Part shown: in pieces, positions 31,535 through 40,784 of the stretch
How the letters are laid out: each line of letters begins with the position of its first letter
Position numbering within the stretch: the stretch's first letter is position 1
Source of the DNA: an uncultured Acidobacteriota bacterium
Lineage (GTDB): Bacteria; Acidobacteriota; UBA6911
Direction: 5' to 3'
Assembly: GCA_963827655.1 (NCBI GenBank)
Contig: CAWHCF010000041.1
Coordinates: 128,001-192,000 of the forward strand
Length of the DNA stretch: 64,000 nucleotides
Position numbers and translations under genes: made by a program
The notes under the pieces: generated by a model
Database searches by the model: none
What the model was told of the DNA's origin: nothing
The model's input: the letters and a program-made list of their open reading frames with translations, nothing else

Positions 31535-32449
31535 TCAGAGCAGGCCGAGCGTTCTCAAATCGTCGATCGGCTCCTGAAAAGAACAGGAACCAAACGCGAT
31601 GGCAAAGTTTCGCGCCTCGCGGAGCTGTTCGTTTCGGATTTGATGATTGCGCCAGGAGATTCCCTCGCGCTCGAATCGAAACGCAGCGCCAGACTGTTCT
31701 TCCATCAACATGGATGCTTTCTCGCAACTCAAGCCTGCCCGGATGAACAGCGCCGCGACAAAGAGATTCAGAAAACCGTGCATGATTCCTGAGGCACTGT
31801 CGCGGTCGTAGGTAAACTTCTGCACCGACCGGACCGCATGATGGAGCCCGGCAGTTGCCTTGAACGGAACGTTCGCGTCAGAGCAGGTCTTGATGAAGCG
31901 AACCAAGTTTGTCGTAGCCGGAACCAACTCCGCGCGAGTCCCCCCGGTCCGCACCTTGGCCCGCCCTCCGGTGATGCCGATTTCTGCGACTTTGTCGCGT
32001 GGATCGCTAACAACCGGAACCTCGAAATAGACCACGATTCCTTCGGGAACGAGTTCCCGGGCCGGGCCGATCTCCTCCGCCTCGCGGATGTTTATCTCCA
32101 TGGCGTCGATAACCATATCTGCCGATTTCGAGTGACGCAGGTTGAAATCCAGGACCTTCCGGACGTCCACTTCCAGTTTGGGGCTGCACAGAACACTCAC
32201 TTGCCAGGGCCCTGCGCCGGAGTCGCACGGCAGGAAATCCTGCGCAATCCGCTCGAACTCTTCCAGCCTCGCGATCGGCGCAATGAATCGCCCCAACGCC
32301 CAGGCATAGTCGCCGCTTCGATACGAAACGTAGTTGCGCACCGCTGATTCCATGTCGAGTTCTGCCGGGGGAAAGAGGCCGGCGTAGTCGATGAGCCCCG
32401 TCAGAAAGATTTGAACCGATTCCAGGACTCTAGGCCCGGGTCCATTCAC
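31535..32449 (-). CDS. Conserved hypothetical protein (LIDYAGLFPPA / FKATAGLHH family)
   Basis: Motifs GLIDYAGLFPPA, KVRTGG, FKATAGLHH, HGFLNL, FGSCSF. Confidence 0.8.
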   Translation of the reverse strand: MNGPGPRVLESVQIFLTGLIDYAGLFPPAELDMESAVRNYVSYRSGDYAWALGRFIAPIARLEEFERIAQDFLPCDSGAGPWQVSVLCSPKLEVDVRKVLDFNLRHSKSADMVIDAMEINIREAEEIGPARELVPEGIVVYFEVPVVSDPRDKVAEIGITGGRAKVRTGGTRAELVPATTNLVRFIKTCSDANVPFKATAGLHHAVRSVQKFTYDRDSASGIMHGFLNLFVAALFIRAGLSCEKASMLMEEQSGAAFRFEREGISWRNHQIRNEQLREARNFAIAFGSCSFQEPIDDLRTLGLL

Positions 32450-32571
32450 GCCGATCGTCCTCGTTTCGTTGCGTCCTCTCGCTGAGCAGCGGAACCGAGA
32501 ACGGTCGCGAAGACGCCAAGGCTCTAAGGTTAGACCGTTATGTCCGAGCTTATGAGAATTTTGTTCACTAT

Positions 32572-32940
32572 TAGAAGCCAGAAGTCAGAAGTCAGGAGCA
32601 AGAATGTGTTGGTAAAAGGCGTTCATGGAATCCTTCCAGTTGGTTGGCACTCTGAAAAAATAACCTCGCGAGACGGGGTGATCTCATGCAAGCACAGCGG
32701 CCAAGCGCAAAGACCTTCCGCGATCTACTGGTATGGCAGAAAGCTCATGAATTTGTGCTCGAGCCGCTACTGATTCTGGCACACGACCTAGGTTACGGCG
32801 GACCTCAAGAAGGAAGGATGAAATCTCCTGGAGGAAGTCAGCCGCCAGCTGAATGCATATGCAAAGGCGATTCTGGCTTCTGGCTTCTGACTCCTGGCTT
32901 CTATCCCGCTGCTTTTGGCGGGATATCAAGGGCGTAGCCC
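32572..32940 (+). mobile_element. Four-helix-bundle element with heptamer-repeat inverted ends
   Basis: TAGAAGCCAGAAGTCAGAAGTCAG at 32572 and its inverted counterpart ending at 32903; followed by two hairpins. Confidence 0.7.
32686..32900 (+). pseudogene. Internally deleted four-helix-bundle (23S rRNA IVP / Avd-like) gene
   Basis: AKTFRDLLVWQKAHEFVL joined almost directly to LILAHDLGY, then LLEEVSRQLNAYAKAIL in another frame; central helices missing. Confidence 0.78.
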
Positions 32941-32944
32941 TTGC

Positions 32945-33025
32945 CTGGTTCGGGGACTTCGCCCCGAACGAAAGGCCCTTGCGAACGACAACATGATGGT
33001 TTGAACGTTTTGCCAAGCGCCTAAG
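32945..33025 (-). mobile_element. MITE-like family 2, copy C
   Basis: Reverse complement cttaggcgcttggcaaaacgttcaaacc...catgttgtcgttcgcaagggcctttcgttcggggcgaagtccccgaac. Confidence 0.72.
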
Positions 33026-33051
33026 GATTGTGAATGAGGAAGGAAGGCAAC

Positions 33052-33642
33052 TCAATCTACGGGGCCGACACGAGACACCGGCCAGTAACGGAACACCGCC
33101 TTGCCGTAAATGTTTTCTCTCGGAACCCATCCCCAGTTCCGGCTGTCGTTGCTGGAGTTTCGGTGGTCTCCCAGGACGAAATAGTGATCTTCGGGAACGA
33201 CGGTCTTGGGATAAGAATCGTGGTCTTGAAACTCCCGTGTCAGGTAGGGCTCGTCTTGCTTCGCGCCATTTACGTAGACCGCGCCATTGCGAATTTCCAC
33301 TTCATCGCCCGGGAGCGCCAGTACCCTCTTGATGAACGACTTGTTAGGGTCCTTGGGAAACCAGAACACGACAACGTCGCCACGGTCGATCTCGGCAAAG
33401 CGATAGATGAACCGGTTGACGAAGATGCGCTCCTGATCCACCAGGTGCGGCTGCATGCTGGTCCCCTCGACTTTGACAGGCTGCACGACAAAGATCACGA
33501 TAAAAATGGCCGTGACAAAGGCGAACAGAATGTCCCGGAACCACGACTTCAGCTCGTCGAGCACTTTGGACTTGGAGACAGGGGGTTTTCCCTCGGTAGG
33601 TTCCGGCGGGACTTGAACAGCAGGGGTGAACTTTTCTTCCAT
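33052..33642 (-). CDS. lepB: Signal peptidase I
   Basis: [24 protein letters not shown]. Confidence 0.95.
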   Translation of the reverse strand: MEEKFTPAVQVPPEPTEGKPPVSKSKVLDELKSWFRDILFAFVTAIFIVIFVVQPVKVEGTSMQPHLVDQERIFVNRFIYRFAEIDRGDVVVFWFPKDPNKSFIKRVLALPGDEVEIRNGAVYVNGAKQDEPYLTREFQDHDSYPKTVVPEDHYFVLGDHRNSSNDSRNWGWVPRENIYGKAVFRYWPVSRVGPVD

Positions 33643-33922
33643 TTCTATCCGTTTCACTACCCGGCTTAAGTTATTTCAGACAATTAAGAAACGTACCAGA
33701 CGGCCATCCAAAACTCAACTGCTTTCCCTGGGTTCCTGAATGGTTAGGTCCTCCGTTAGCATTTCTTCGTCAGTCCGTTTTCGAGTCTTGGTCGGTTAGC
33801 TTTGTTCCGGCAGGTCACTAACCACGAAGACTCGAAGACGTGCCGAGAAACGCAAGGGCACGGCCGCAGGAGCGCGGCAAATCGCAGCATCTGGGCCGCG
33901 AGGTTGTAATTGCGAGACGAGT

Positions 33923-33931
33923 TGTTATAAT
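33923..33931 (+). promoter_or_regulatory. Extended -10 promoter element
   Basis: TGTTATAAT upstream of the radical SAM gene. Confidence 0.55.
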
Positions 33932-34019
33932 CGAGCACGCTGTCGATTCGAACGTCCGGCCGGGCCGACTCGACAGGACCAGCTCAGGATGTCGCCTGGC
34001 CTCTATCGAGAGCGACCTG

Positions 34020-35360
34020 ATGAGAATTGTGGTTCTAAGCGCAAGTCGACATAGAAACTGCACCCTGAAAGATGTCGCAGGAGGCTTCGGGACCGTTTTT
34101 ACGGTCGGCAACTCCCCTTTCGCGAAGCTCCTGGAGGTGGCGAAGCGCCGAATTGCATCCATTCCGAATGTTACTCTGGCGTACCTCGACTCCATTCTCT
34201 CCGCGCATGGTGCACAGGTTCACGTCCTGGACGTGCGCAGCCTCGAGCAATTAGTGCCGGCCGACCTTTACCTGATCTCCTCCTCGATTGTCGATTGCAG
34301 CTTCGAACGCGAGATCGGTCTGGAAGCCAGGCGGCGCCTGGGCGCGAAAGTCGGTTACTTTGGGGCTTTTGCCTCGGCGGTGCCGGAGTTTTTTTCTGAA
34401 GCAGCCGATTTCATCGTAAAAGAGGAAATCGAAAACATCGCTCCCGCGCTCGCCGAGGGGGTAATCCCCGAGGGGATCGTCTCGGCAGGCTTTGTCGCGA
34501 ACCTCAACGCTCTACCCTTTCCCAAATGGGATCAGTTCGATATTCGACGCTTTCGATATCAGATAGTGACGGCACACGGGATTACGCTACCGCTGCTGGG
34601 AAGCAGAGGCTGTCCATACACCTGCAACTACTGTCCCTACCTGGTGAACTCGAAATACCGCGTGCGGAAATCAGACAACGTCGTCGATGAAATCGATTAC
34701 CTGGTAAAAAAGTACGGAGTCCGGGGAATTTCGTTTCGAGATCCAAATCTCACGTTCGACAAGAACAGAGCGGAAGAGTTCGCCGACGCGCTATTGACGC
34801 GCAAGCTGGACGTTCGCTGGGGGATGGAGGCCCGCACGGACCGATTGGATCCCAAACTGATCGACATTCTGTACCGCGCTGGCCTGCGCAGTGTCGAGGT
34901 AGGAGTCGAATCTTCAAATGAACAGACATTGAAGGGAAATTTGAGGAAAGCAATACCCAAAACTCAGCAGGAACAGGTGATCGATCATTGTCATAAGCTA
35001 GGCATTCGCGTAATTGCGAATTATACGCTCGGCCTGCCCAACGACACGATCGAGGGCATACTCGATACCATTCGATATGCCAAGAAGCTCAATACCTTTG
35101 CGATCCAGTTTACTGTAACGACCCCGTATCCGGGCACGCAGCTTTACCAGAAAGTAAAGCATCGGATTTTCGACCATAACTGGGAACACTTCAATGGCTG
35201 GACCAGCGTTTTCCAGCACCCGAGTATCAATTCGGAAGAACTTCACCGGCTGCGAGAATTTGCTTACGTTTCCTACCATCTGCGCCCGCGGTACGTCTGG
35301 AGATTTCTTCAATCCACTCTGCTTTACCCGGTGTTATTCCCTGAGCCTCGGGTCTCCTGA
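34020..35360 (+). CDS. Radical SAM protein (B12-binding/BchE-like class)
   Basis: SRGCPYTCNYC, FRDPNLT, GVES, TPYPGT. Confidence 0.88.
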   Translation: MRIVVLSASRHRNCTLKDVAGGFGTVFTVGNSPFAKLLEVAKRRIASIPNVTLAYLDSILSAHGAQVHVLDVRSLEQLVPADLYLISSSIVDCSFEREIGLEARRRLGAKVGYFGAFASAVPEFFSEAADFIVKEEIENIAPALAEGVIPEGIVSAGFVANLNALPFPKWDQFDIRRFRYQIVTAHGITLPLLGSRGCPYTCNYCPYLVNSKYRVRKSDNVVDEIDYLVKKYGVRGISFRDPNLTFDKNRAEEFADALLTRKLDVRWGMEARTDRLDPKLIDILYRAGLRSVEVGVESSNEQTLKGNLRKAIPKTQQEQVIDHCHKLGIRVIANYTLGLPNDTIEGILDTIRYAKKLNTFAIQFTVTTPYPGTQLYQKVKHRIFDHNWEHFNGWTSVFQHPSINSEELHRLREFAYVSYHLRPRYVWRFLQSTLLYPVLFPEPRVS

Positions 35361-35421
35361 GATTCGCGTCCTTCGCGGTGGAGGCGGGCTTGCCGACCCG
35401 CTGCGGACACGGGATGAGACA

Positions 35422-36336
35422 TTGAAAGCTATTCCGTGGCGGTTCTTGATTATCTGCTGCGTTTTCTTCCCGGTCTGGGCAACCACGGCTAAGACTCCCG
35501 TTTTCGTAACCGCCAGCCTCATCGACAAGAACAATTTATTCATCGAAGATCTGACACAAGACGAAATCCAGATTCTGGAAAACGATCAGCCGCGCCCGAT
35601 CGAGTTCATGGCCAAAGATGAACTTCCGGTCGTCTACGGTATCGTCTTCGACCGCGCCATGCTTCCCGATTTCGAAGACATCGATCGCTCCCGGCGGGCC
35701 GGCAAAACCGGGGCGGTCAGCGGACGCGATATTGCTTACGAGCTCATCGATAAGCACCTGGGAAAGCAAGTCATTTGGGTCGGGACCTACGACCGCGATC
35801 TGGAGGTTGCGCTGGACTTCAGTCCGGACGGATTTCGGGCCAAGGAAGCGATACAGCAACTCCGCGGCGTCCGGCGGAATGAGGAGTCATTCTTGTACGG
35901 CGCCCTGTTCAAGGCGGTAACCAAGATGAATCAGCGCTCCGAAAAACGCCGGATTCTGCTGCTGCTCCTGGACGCGATTGACTCGCCGAGCGCAGGGAAA
36001 GCCAAAGCGCTGAGGAACCTCCTCTCATCGACCAACATCGAACTGTTCATCATCAGCTTCGCTACAAAAATGGGTGGTAGCCGGTCGAGTATGCCGTATA
36101 GCATGAGCGAAGCGGTCTTCAAAGACCTGGCGTACGCCACCTCCGGGGATGCTTTCTCCAGCGTATCTTACGGCGATCATCTGGAAGACCTGAGCCGGCG
36201 CATCTACAATCACATCCGGACCTTTTATACTTTCGGCTTTCAATCTGAAGCCTCTCCTGACAAACCCACCAAACTCAGCATACGCTGCCTTCGCCCAGGG
36301 GCGAGGGTGAAGCATCACGCTGCGGTCGCCCCCTGA
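35422..36336 (+). CDS. Secreted VWA-domain protein with degenerate MIDAS
   Basis: Signal peptide; FIEDLTQDEIQILENDQPRPIE; KRRILLLLLD; YTFGF. Confidence 0.72.
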   Translation: MKAIPWRFLIICCVFFPVWATTAKTPVFVTASLIDKNNLFIEDLTQDEIQILENDQPRPIEFMAKDELPVVYGIVFDRAMLPDFEDIDRSRRAGKTGAVSGRDIAYELIDKHLGKQVIWVGTYDRDLEVALDFSPDGFRAKEAIQQLRGVRRNEESFLYGALFKAVTKMNQRSEKRRILLLLLDAIDSPSAGKAKALRNLLSSTNIELFIISFATKMGGSRSSMPYSMSEAVFKDLAYATSGDAFSSVSYGDHLEDLSRRIYNHIRTFYTFGFQSEASPDKPTKLSIRCLRPGARVKHHAAVAP

Positions 36337-36548
36337 GCCATCAATCGGCAAGATTCCTGGTGTCTTCTGGCGCGCTTGCCTCGACGCGACCTGCGGCCGC
36401 AAAAAGGGCCTTTGGTCCAAGCCGACAGCTGACAGGCTGATGGCTCCGCTAAGATACGAAGAACTCCCTTCCAGGACTTTCCGGCGTCCGATAGAATGAA
36501 ACAGATTTTACTCCCTGGCTCGTGGGCAACTGAGGAGGTAATCCGATC

Positions 36549-37768
36549 ATGACGCATTCAAAACCAATGCTTGTGGCAGTAATTCTAAAGCTGGTCGCGC
36601 GGATGCCGCTCCTGCTCGTGTTTGGAATCTTGGCCCAGCAGGGGTTTGCGCGGCCCGAATATTTTGCCCGGTATCGCGCCTTTCCCTTCGCTCGGCCTGA
36701 TCTGAAGACTTGCGGCGTGTGCCATGAAAGTTCTAAAGGCGGCGGTCCCCGCAACGAATTCGGGCAGGCTTTCTCGCGGGCCGGCCGCGAGTTTACACCG
36801 GAATTGAGAGCGGAATTTCCGGACCGCTTCCTCCAGGATCGAGCGATCCTGCCGGAGGGCGTCGAGGTCGTCTTCGAGGATGCCGCAAAGGGTACCCTTC
36901 TCCTGAAGCGCGGCAACGTCACCTATCGAGTCACTCCCGCCACCAAAGATATCGCGAGAGTCGACGCCGCCCCCGCAGAAAAAGCCGCGACTACGCCGGA
37001 GGCGGGGTCCGCTGATGGAGGCGGCTCGCCCGTGTTCGACTACCATCTGGGAAACCTTCGCACCGGAAACGTGGCCGACAAGGGGGAGTTTCACTTCCGC
37101 TTCTCGCATCGATTCTCCTCAAACATTTTCGACCAGAGCGGCCGCGACTTCGATCTTTTCGGACTGGACAGTTTCGCTTTTCCCGGTATCGGTGTAGGTT
37201 ACGGGTTTACCAACCGCTTCGCCATGAATTTTTACCGCCAGACATTTGACCGCAAAATCGAATTCAGCGGCGACTGTCCATTTTTGATGAGAATGAGTCC
37301 CGCAGCCCGATCTCGGTAATGGCCCGGGCTGCAATCGAAGGGCGCAACGATTTTGCCGGCCAGGGTCACAACGGGCACTATATCCCTTCGATTGAGTTTG
37401 TTCTCTCCAGGAACCTCTTCAACCGGGTTGCGTTAAACGTCAACCCCACGTTCGTATTCAATCTCGACCGGCCGCCGCTCCCAGCGATCGAAAAGAACAT
37501 GGTGGCGATCGGGCTCGGGGCAGCGTTCAAGATCCGGGAGAATATGGCAATCGTGGGAGAATATATCCCTCGGGTCAGCGGCAATCCGCTGCAACCCGAC
37601 TTCGTCCACGACAAGCCCACGGTCTCGTTCGGATATCAGTTCCGTACCCATCGGCACGTTTTTGCACTGGTGATCTCGAACTCTTACGAGACCACGATCG
37701 CCGGATCTGCTCTCGGGGGACCGGATGAGTTTCACATCGGATTCAACATCCACCGCAGGATCCGGTAA
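36549..37768 (+). CDS. Monoheme cytochrome c domain fused to DUF5777-like beta-barrel; frameshift near 37275
   Basis: Signal peptide; CGVCH; FRFSHRF, FGLD, HVFALVISN, FHIGFNIHR; frames join as DLSIFDENESRSPISVMAR. Confidence 0.75.
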
Positions 37769-37817
37769 AGCGTCTCCTGGCGACTTCGTCTCCGCGCCTG
37801 GGAATTCGTTTTCGAGG

Positions 37818-38765
37818 ATGCGCCGCGAAGACGCGCCGGCTCGGAGAAGATCCCGGCTCCTCGGTCTTGCGGCCTGGCTTATTGCGGGCGGCTTTGCGTG
37901 CGCCTGGTCCCAGATCCAGGACTATCGCATCGGAGTCAAGGTAGAACTCGTGAGTCTGTTTGCCACGGTTCAAGATCGATCGGGCAAGCTGGTAACCGGA
38001 CTCAATCGGGATGATTTTGTTATTTACGACAACGGCGTGCCGCAGATGATAAGTCAATTCAGCCGCGAGTACATTCCCCTGAGCGTGATCATTCTTCTCG
38101 ACACCAGCAGCAGCATGGATTCGGGAAGGAAGCTGGACAATGCCAAAAAGGCGCTGGTTCAATTCTTGCGGCGGCTGCGCGCCGGAGACGAAGCCATGCT
38201 CATGACCTTCCGCACCAGGGCGCGCGTGGTTCAAGGCTTCACCCAGGAACTCGCGAAGCTCACGCATGAACTGAACCGTCTCGATGCTAACGAATCCACC
38301 GCTCTGTACGATGCAATTCTGAGCGCGCTGAGGGAGGTTCAGGGCGCGCGCAACCGCCGGCGCGCCCTGCTCCTCATCAGCGACGGAGTGAACACGTATG
38401 GCAAATCTCAGTTGCGCGAGGCGATCTCGGAGTTGCGAAGAGGCGGGGTGGAACTCTTTGCGATCGGGCTCGAGAGCGGCCTTCCGGAAGATATGAAAGA
38501 AAGGGTGATAACGAAAGAAGTCCTCGATCAGCTGACGCGGTCGGCGGGGGGAGAGGCTTTCGTCGTCAGTGAACCCAAACACCTCGCCCGGATCTGCGCC
38601 ACTATTTCCGATCGCATGCACAATCAATACGCCTTCGGCTACTATCCTTCGCGCCAAGAGGATCACCAGTGGAGGAGCATTCGGCTGGAGGCCAAGATCC
38701 CTGGATTGAGGGTGACACCCTCCAAGACGGGCTACTACCCTGCTGCCGAGGCTCGACCGCAGTAG
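37818..38765 (+). CDS. Acidobacterial VWFA-related protein
   Basis: DTSSSM MIDAS, TALYDA, ISDG, QYAFGYYP. Confidence 0.9.
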   Translation: MRREDAPARRRSRLLGLAAWLIAGGFACAWSQIQDYRIGVKVELVSLFATVQDRSGKLVTGLNRDDFVIYDNGVPQMISQFSREYIPLSVIILLDTSSSMDSGRKLDNAKKALVQFLRRLRAGDEAMLMTFRTRARVVQGFTQELAKLTHELNRLDANESTALYDAILSALREVQGARNRRRALLLISDGVNTYGKSQLREAISELRRGGVELFAIGLESGLPEDMKERVITKEVLDQLTRSAGGEAFVVSEPKHLARICATISDRMHNQYAFGYYPSRQEDHQWRSIRLEAKIPGLRVTPSKTGYYPAAEARPQ

Positions 38766-38780
38766 AAAGCGAGAAGGATT

Positions 38781-40181
38781 TTGGCTGGAAACAAGCTCTG
38801 GGGGGGACGCTTCGCCTCGGGGCCCGATCGCCTGTTTGCCGAGCTGAACGATTCACTCTCTTTCGATCGAGAGTTGCTCGAGGTCGACATTCAAGGGAGT
38901 GTCGCCTACTCTCATGCGCTCGAGCGCGCCGGCGTGTTCAGCGGCAAAGAAAGGCGCCGGGTTCAAAGGGCCTTGCGCAGCATCCTCGACGAACATCGTA
39001 GAAACCCGGGACTGATCGAGCGCAGTCGAGCCGAAGACGTCCACACTTACGTCGAGCAGGCGCTGGCTGCGAAAGTTGGCGATCTGGCGCTCAGACTCCA
39101 CACCGGACGCAGCCGAAATGACCAGGTTGCAACCGACCTGAGGCTTTACCTGATCGACAAGGTCGGTGCTTTAGAGATCGCGCTCAATCGCCTTCTTGAA
39201 GCTCTCGCGGATCTTGCCCAACGAAACCTGGCCGCCGTGCTGCCTGGTTACACGCATCTCCAGCGAGCACAGCCCGTTCTCTTCTCCCACTACTTGCTGG
39301 CTTACGGCGCGATGTTTCTGCGTGACCGCGACCGGCTGAGAGAAACTGCCGCCCGGACGAGAGTTTGCCCGCTGGGTTCGGGCGCGATATCAGGGACGAT
39401 ATACAAGATTGATCGCGAGGCTCTGGCCCGAGAACTGGGTTTCGACACCGCTTCCGATAACAGCATGGACGCCGTCTCCGACCGGGACTTCGTCCTCGAT
39501 TTTCTCTTCTTTGCCAGTGTGCTGATGGTTCACCTGAGCCGCCTATCCGAAGATCTGATTCTCTATAGTTCGGTCGAATTCGGATTCTTGCAGATGCATG
39601 ACTCCGTTTCTTCCGGCAGCAGTCTCATGCCGCAGAAGAAAAATCCCGACGCGGCAGAGCTTGTTCGCGGGAAGACCGGGCGTGTGGTCGGACATCTGGT
39701 CGCCCTGCTTACGGTGATGAAAGGACTGCCGATGGCGTACAACAAGGATCTTCAGGAAGACAAGGAGGGACTTTTCGACACAGTTCGAACGCTTGAGAAA
39801 TGCATCCCCTTGATGAGTCTTGTCCTGCAGCGACTCGAGCTCCATTCTGATCCCATGCGCCACGCAGCCGCAAAGGGTCATTTGAACGCCACCGAGCTGG
39901 CCGATTTTCTGGTCGCCCGCAACATGCCTTTTCGAAAGGCGCACGAGCTGGTGGGCAAAATCGTTCTTTACGCTTTGGAGCGGAACTGCAGCCTGGAAGA
40001 CCTTCGCTTAAGCGAATTTCGCAGGTTTTCACGCCGCTTTACGCCCGAACTGTACCAGTGGCTTCAGGTCGAACCGAGCCTGGCGCGCCGCCGCGAACGA
40101 GGCGGAACCGCCCCGGCCCAGGTCCGTCGAGCTTTGCAGAAATTCCGCAGGCAAATCGGAGAACAAAAAACCAACCGCTAG
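38781..40181 (+). CDS. argH: Argininosuccinate lyase
   Basis: KLWGGRF, GRSRNDQV, YTHLQRAQP, GSSLMPQKKNPD. Confidence 0.97.
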   Translation: MAGNKLWGGRFASGPDRLFAELNDSLSFDRELLEVDIQGSVAYSHALERAGVFSGKERRRVQRALRSILDEHRRNPGLIERSRAEDVHTYVEQALAAKVGDLALRLHTGRSRNDQVATDLRLYLIDKVGALEIALNRLLEALADLAQRNLAAVLPGYTHLQRAQPVLFSHYLLAYGAMFLRDRDRLRETAARTRVCPLGSGAISGTIYKIDREALARELGFDTASDNSMDAVSDRDFVLDFLFFASVLMVHLSRLSEDLILYSSVEFGFLQMHDSVSSGSSLMPQKKNPDAAELVRGKTGRVVGHLVALLTVMKGLPMAYNKDLQEDKEGLFDTVRTLEKCIPLMSLVLQRLELHSDPMRHAAAKGHLNATELADFLVARNMPFRKAHELVGKIVLYALERNCSLEDLRLSEFRRFSRRFTPELYQWLQVEPSLARRRERGGTAPAQVRRALQKFRRQIGEQKTNR

Positions 40182-40413
40182 GGTTCGCGCAGAAATAAGT
40201 TCGCATTCTGCTGCAGGCCCCCAGCCCCGCTGGCGCGGCGCGAGCGACGATGCTTACCCGGTGCGGTACGTGAGGAGCGAGCAACAAAGCCAGCGGGTCT
40301 GCGGGCCGCAGCCCGAAGGGGCGCGATCCTCAGCAGTGCTTAGCGAACAGAAGCCGGTTCATGATTGACCACCGATCTCGCGCCAGAATGTGAAGTTATT
40401 TTTGCGCGAGCCC
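40181..40413 (-). mobile_element. MITE family 1, copy C, inserted in a REP-like repeat at the argH stop codon
   Basis: Reverse complement of copies A/B; TA on both flanks; flanks rejoin to aaccgctaagactcgaagactcaaagaaa. Confidence 0.88.
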
Positions 40414-40457
40414 TAAGACTCGAAGACTCAAAGAAAGGCCAGGAACAACAACCAACC

Positions 40458-40784
40458 ACTAGTGCCGTTCCGACTTGTTGTCTCTAAGCATCGAAAGCGA
40501 AGAGGCGAGTCGGTGTTTCAGGTAGCGGCCCTCCCTTGCCAGTCTTCAGAAAGCGCTCCCGCCGAAAGGCATCGTCGGGGCTGAGGCACGCTTCGTAGTA
40601 GATCAGCTTCAGCGGCATTCTGTGCGCGGTCGACTTTACACGGCCGGGCACGGTGAAGTGTCATTCGTTCTCGCAGATCACTCGTCGCTCCGGTGTAGAA
40701 ACGTCCGTCGGCCTCGCTTAACAAGACGTAGGTGTAGTGCACCGGCCTCCTCCCATAGCGCGAAACCGTTGGAACGGCACTAGT
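40458..40784 (-). mobile_element. GIY-YIG mini-element bounded by 17-bp inverted repeats
   Basis: ACTAGTGCCGTTCCGAC (40458) vs GTTGGAACGGCACTAGT (40768-40784), 16/17 match. Confidence 0.78.
40459..40742 (-). CDS. Small GIY-YIG nuclease (~93 aa after correcting two +1 frameshifts)
   Basis: YTYVLLS...FYTGATSDLRER..H..G.VKST..RMPLKLIYYE..AFRRERFLKTGKG; GGAGG RBS. Confidence 0.82.

Noticed and set aside
32686-32937. Diversity-generating retroelement suggested by the Avd-like remnant
   Set aside because: No reverse transcriptase and no template/variable repeat pair seen
34020-35360. Radical SAM gene as part of a RiPP cluster
   Set aside because: No precursor peptide, RRE or SPASM motif, and no linked transporter
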